Origin: Dehalococcoidia bacterium
GTDB lineage: Bacteria > Chloroflexota > Dehalococcoidia > Lucifugimonadales > VXLM01
NCBI GenBank assembly: GCA_963662435.1
Contig: OY759598.1
Coordinates: 1,768,507 to 1,832,506 of the forward strand
DNA: 64,000 bases
Direction of reading: 5' to 3'
The notes beneath the pieces are model-generated. The model saw only the letters and a program-made list of their open reading frames with translations, did not search any database and was not told where the DNA came from. Of the stretch, positions 61,418 through 64,000 are shown in pieces. Numbering within the stretch: the first letter of the stretch is position 1; each line of letters opens with the position of its first letter. A program made the position numbers and the translations under genes.

Positions 61418-62308
61418 TCATGCGTCGGCGGCGGCCAAACCGGCGGCTTTGAGGGTGTTGCGGAGGAGCATGGCGATGGTCATGGGGCCGACGCCGCCGG
61501 GGACTGGAGTGATGGCCGCGGCTTTTTCGGACACTGAATCGAAGTCAACGTCGCCCACGAGTCGGTAGCCGCGTTTTCTTTCGGGCGCATCGATGCGGTT
61601 GATGCCGACGTCGATGACCACGGCTCCCTCGCGGACCATATCGCCCGTGATGTAGAGAGGCTGGCCGATGGCGGCGACGAGGATGTCCGCCTGTCGTGTT
61701 ATGGACGGCATGTCGGCAGTGCGGGAATGGCAGACGGTGACGGTGGCGTTGGCGCCGGACTGCTTTTGCACGAGGATTGAGGCGACGGGCTTGCCTACGA
61801 TCTCGCTGCGTCCGACGACGACGACGTGCTTACCGGCTGGGTCGTGACCGTCACGGATGAGCATCTCACGGATGCCGGCCGGAGTGGCGGGGGCAAACCG
61901 CTCACGACCCTGGGAGAGCAGACCGACGTTGAAGGGGTGGAGAGCGTCCACGTCCTTGAGGGGACTGATCGCCTCGATTACGGGGTACTGATCGAGGTGA
62001 TCGGGCAAGGGCAGCTGCACGAGAATGCCGTGGACGTTCGGATCTTCGCCGAGTTTTCGCACCTCGGCAGTGAGGTCTTCCTGGGTCGTGGAGTCGGGCA
62101 TGGTGATATCGCTGGAGGTCATACCGGCCTCCGCGGCGGCCCGGTGCTTGTTGCGCACGTATACTTTTGAGGCAGGGTCTTCCCCGACAAGTACGACAGC
62201 GAGGTGCGGGGCAAAGCCGTGCTGTCCGGTGAATGCCTTTACGTCCACAGCCACCTCAGCCCGGACGTCCGCCGCAATCCTTGCTCCGTCGATGATCTTC
62301 GCGCTCAC
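61418..62308 (-). CDS. folD: Methylene-THF dehydrogenase/cyclohydrolase FolD
   Basis: ASKVYVRNK, GILVQLPLP, KDVD, GRSEIVGKP, TPVPGGVGPMTIAML. Confidence 0.97.
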   Translation of the reverse strand: MSAKIIDGARIAADVRAEVAVDVKAFTGQHGFAPHLAVVLVGEDPASKVYVRNKHRAAAEAGMTSSDITMPDSTTQEDLTAEVRKLGEDPNVHGILVQLPLPDHLDQYPVIEAISPLKDVDALHPFNVGLLSQGRERFAPATPAGIREMLIRDGHDPAGKHVVVVGRSEIVGKPVASILVQKQSGANATVTVCHSRTADMPSITRQADILVAAIGQPLYITGDMVREGAVVIDVGINRIDAPERKRGYRLVGDVDFDSVSEKAAAITPVPGGVGPMTIAMLLRNTLKAAGLAAADA

Positions 62309-62444
62309 GTGTCCTCCAGCAATTTCATAGCAAGGCTGTTCTTCGTTGCGATTGTATCATGTGCCCTGACTGCGTCACTCTCGAAGTGGCGGCTGTTGCA
62401 TAGTTGGTAGCAAGCCAACACATTTTCGATATGTCAATTCACCT

Positions 62445-62502
62445 TCACCCCCGCATCAAGTGCGGGGCAGGCTCTAGCCCTCTCCCAAAACGGGAGAGGG
62501 GA
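62445..62502 (+). repeat. REP family A with a nested palindrome
   Basis: TCACCCCCGCATCAAGTGCGGGGCAGGCTCTAGCCCTCTCCCAAAACGGGAGAGGGGA. Confidence 0.75.
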
Positions 62503-62661
62503 TACATGCCATAGCCGCGTACCGGAAACGAGGAAGGCTCTCTCTGGGACCGGGAGAGGGAGTGCAGTAATTCGCACAGTCGAAGAGGTGAGTGGTGGGC
62601 CGTCTGGGGATGGGGGGACGCTTTCAATTGCCCTCCTGCGAGACTATAATGCGCGCGAAAT

Positions 62662-63591
62662 ATGGCATGGGAAGGACCGGCCGCATGTCGCCTGGTCAAG
62701 GAGGCCCCATTGGAGTCATTTCCCGACTCGTTGAGTTCCGGTGAGTTCGTCGTGACGACCGAGTTGAATCCGCCGAAGGGCACTGACCTGGAGCCGTTGA
62801 TGCGCCAGGCGGAGGCGCTGAGCGGAATGGCCCGGGCGTTAAACGTAACGGACTCGGCAGGGGCGAACATGTCGATGGCGCCCATTGCGGCCGCCCACCT
62901 GATGATCGACAGGGGCATCGAACCGATCCTGCAGGTGACGGGACGGGATAGGAACCGCATCGCACTGGAGGGAGAGATCCTCGCGGCGGCGGCGCTCGGC
63001 ATCCGAAACGTTCTGTGCATGAGCGGGGATCCGCCCGGCCGGGGCGACCATCCTGACGCCAAGGGAGTTTTCGACCTCAAGGCCGAAACTCTCCTGGAAG
63101 CGGTGACGTCGATGAACTCAGGCACGGACATGTACGGGAACGAGCTCAAGGGCACTCCCACCCTGTTTGCGGGAGCGGTCGCCAATCCCGGCTCGGACGA
63201 CGTGGATAACGAACTTGCACGCATGGAAGAGAAGGTACGCAGGGGGGCCTCGTTCTTCCAGACGCAGGCCGTCTACGACGCCGCATCGTTCGAGACATTC
63301 ATGGAAGGCGCGCGAGGTTTCGGGGTGCCGGTGCTCGCGGGCATGATCGTCCTGAAGTCGGGGCGCATGGCCCGGTTCTTGAATGACAAGCTGCCCGGTG
63401 TGAGCGTGCCGCAGGGCATTGTCGACGAGATGGACAGCGCGGAAGACAGGGCGGCGGCCGGAGTGCGGATAACGGCCCGGCTGATCGACGAGGTGCGTGG
63501 GATGTGCGACGGGACCCACATCATGGCCATCGGGTGGGAATCACGTATACCGGCGATACTTGAAGCGGCGGGGCTCGGGCGCGGCGCATAG
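62662..63591 (+). CDS. metF: Methylenetetrahydrofolate reductase
   Basis: ELNPPKG, NVTD, RDRNRIAL, MSGDP, GASFFQTQ, HIMAIG; exact start uncertain. Confidence 0.9.
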   Translation: MAWEGPAACRLVKEAPLESFPDSLSSGEFVVTTELNPPKGTDLEPLMRQAEALSGMARALNVTDSAGANMSMAPIAAAHLMIDRGIEPILQVTGRDRNRIALEGEILAAAALGIRNVLCMSGDPPGRGDHPDAKGVFDLKAETLLEAVTSMNSGTDMYGNELKGTPTLFAGAVANPGSDDVDNELARMEEKVRRGASFFQTQAVYDAASFETFMEGARGFGVPVLAGMIVLKSGRMARFLNDKLPGVSVPQGIVDEMDSAEDRAAAGVRITARLIDEVRGMCDGTHIMAIGWESRIPAILEAAGLGRGA

Positions 63592-63624
63592 ACCCGATCA
63601 TCTGGCAACTGAGAACTATTGAAG

Positions 63625-64000
63625 ATGCTGGTCACCGGCGTGGACATCATAGAGATCGATCGCGTTGCGGGGGTATTCGAGCGATACGGCGACCGGTTTC
63701 TCCAGCGAATTTACAGCGAGGGCGAGATACGGTACGCGCGGGGTCGCGCTCCTCAGCTTGCGAGCAGGTTCGCGGCGAAGGAGGCCGTGATGAAGCTGCT
63801 AGGCACGGGCGTGCGAGGCGTCCAATGGCGGGACATCGAGGTCGTTAGGCCTCCGGGCATGGCGCCCCGAGTTGTATTGCATGGAACGGCGCGCGCACGC
63901 GCCGAGCGAATCGGGCTGACTGACATCGCGTTGTCGCTGTCCCATTCGAAGAACTATGCCGTTGCTTCGGTTGTCGGGAACAGCTCGGAAGGGAATCTTG
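63625..64000 (+). CDS. acpS: Holo-ACP synthase (truncated by window end)
   Basis: Own translation: MLVTGVDIIEIDRV...RFAAKEAVMKLLGTG...WRDIEV...LSLSHS. Confidence 0.93.
   Translation, partial: MLVTGVDIIEIDRVAGVFERYGDRFLQRIYSEGEIRYARGRAPQLASRFAAKEAVMKLLGTGVRGVQWRDIEVVRPPGMAPRVVLHGTARARAERIGLTDIALSLSHSKNYAVASVVGNSSEGNL

Noticed and set aside
62310..62661. SAM or THF riboswitch between folD and metF
   Set aside because: No recognisable consensus; the spacer holds a REP and a TATAAT close to the metF start

Overview
GC-rich bacterial chromosome segment. Gene content suggests Chloroflexota/Dehalococcoidia (SAR202-like); this is an inference, and the ankyrin/NHL expansions hint at a host-associated lineage. 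Core genes: the 3' part of dnaA, lysC, fused accD-accA, ftsK, rnj, a family-4 UDG, folD, metF, acpS, ccmF/ccmH and an EndoQ-family nuclease. Catabolic and accessory genes: a penicillin acylase, two tandem Rid paralogues, two GcvT-family (DMG/sarcosine dehydrogenase-like) genes, a eukaryote-like BHMT followed by three tandem PtpB-like phosphatases, a GMC oxidoreductase, a CopC-CopD-cytochrome c fusion, an ankyrin protein, DUF1501 and two tandem NHL proteins. RNA genes: a stand-alone 23S rRNA (no 16S or 5S next to it, apparently G at E. coli position 2058) followed directly by initiator tRNA-Met. Most notable observations: (1) at least seven families of REP-like palindromes form mosaic intergenic blocks, nearly all pointing the same way regardless of gene direction, and they bracket gene cassettes as direct repeats; (2) an IS1182 element sits in the loop of one such hairpin with a 5-bp TSD; (3) a HEPN protein lacking its catalytic His is fused to a RelB-like tail and overlaps relE; (4) structured leader RNA candidates lie upstream of the ankyrin gene and of a conserved hypothetical gene. 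All calls were made by eye, without database searches.
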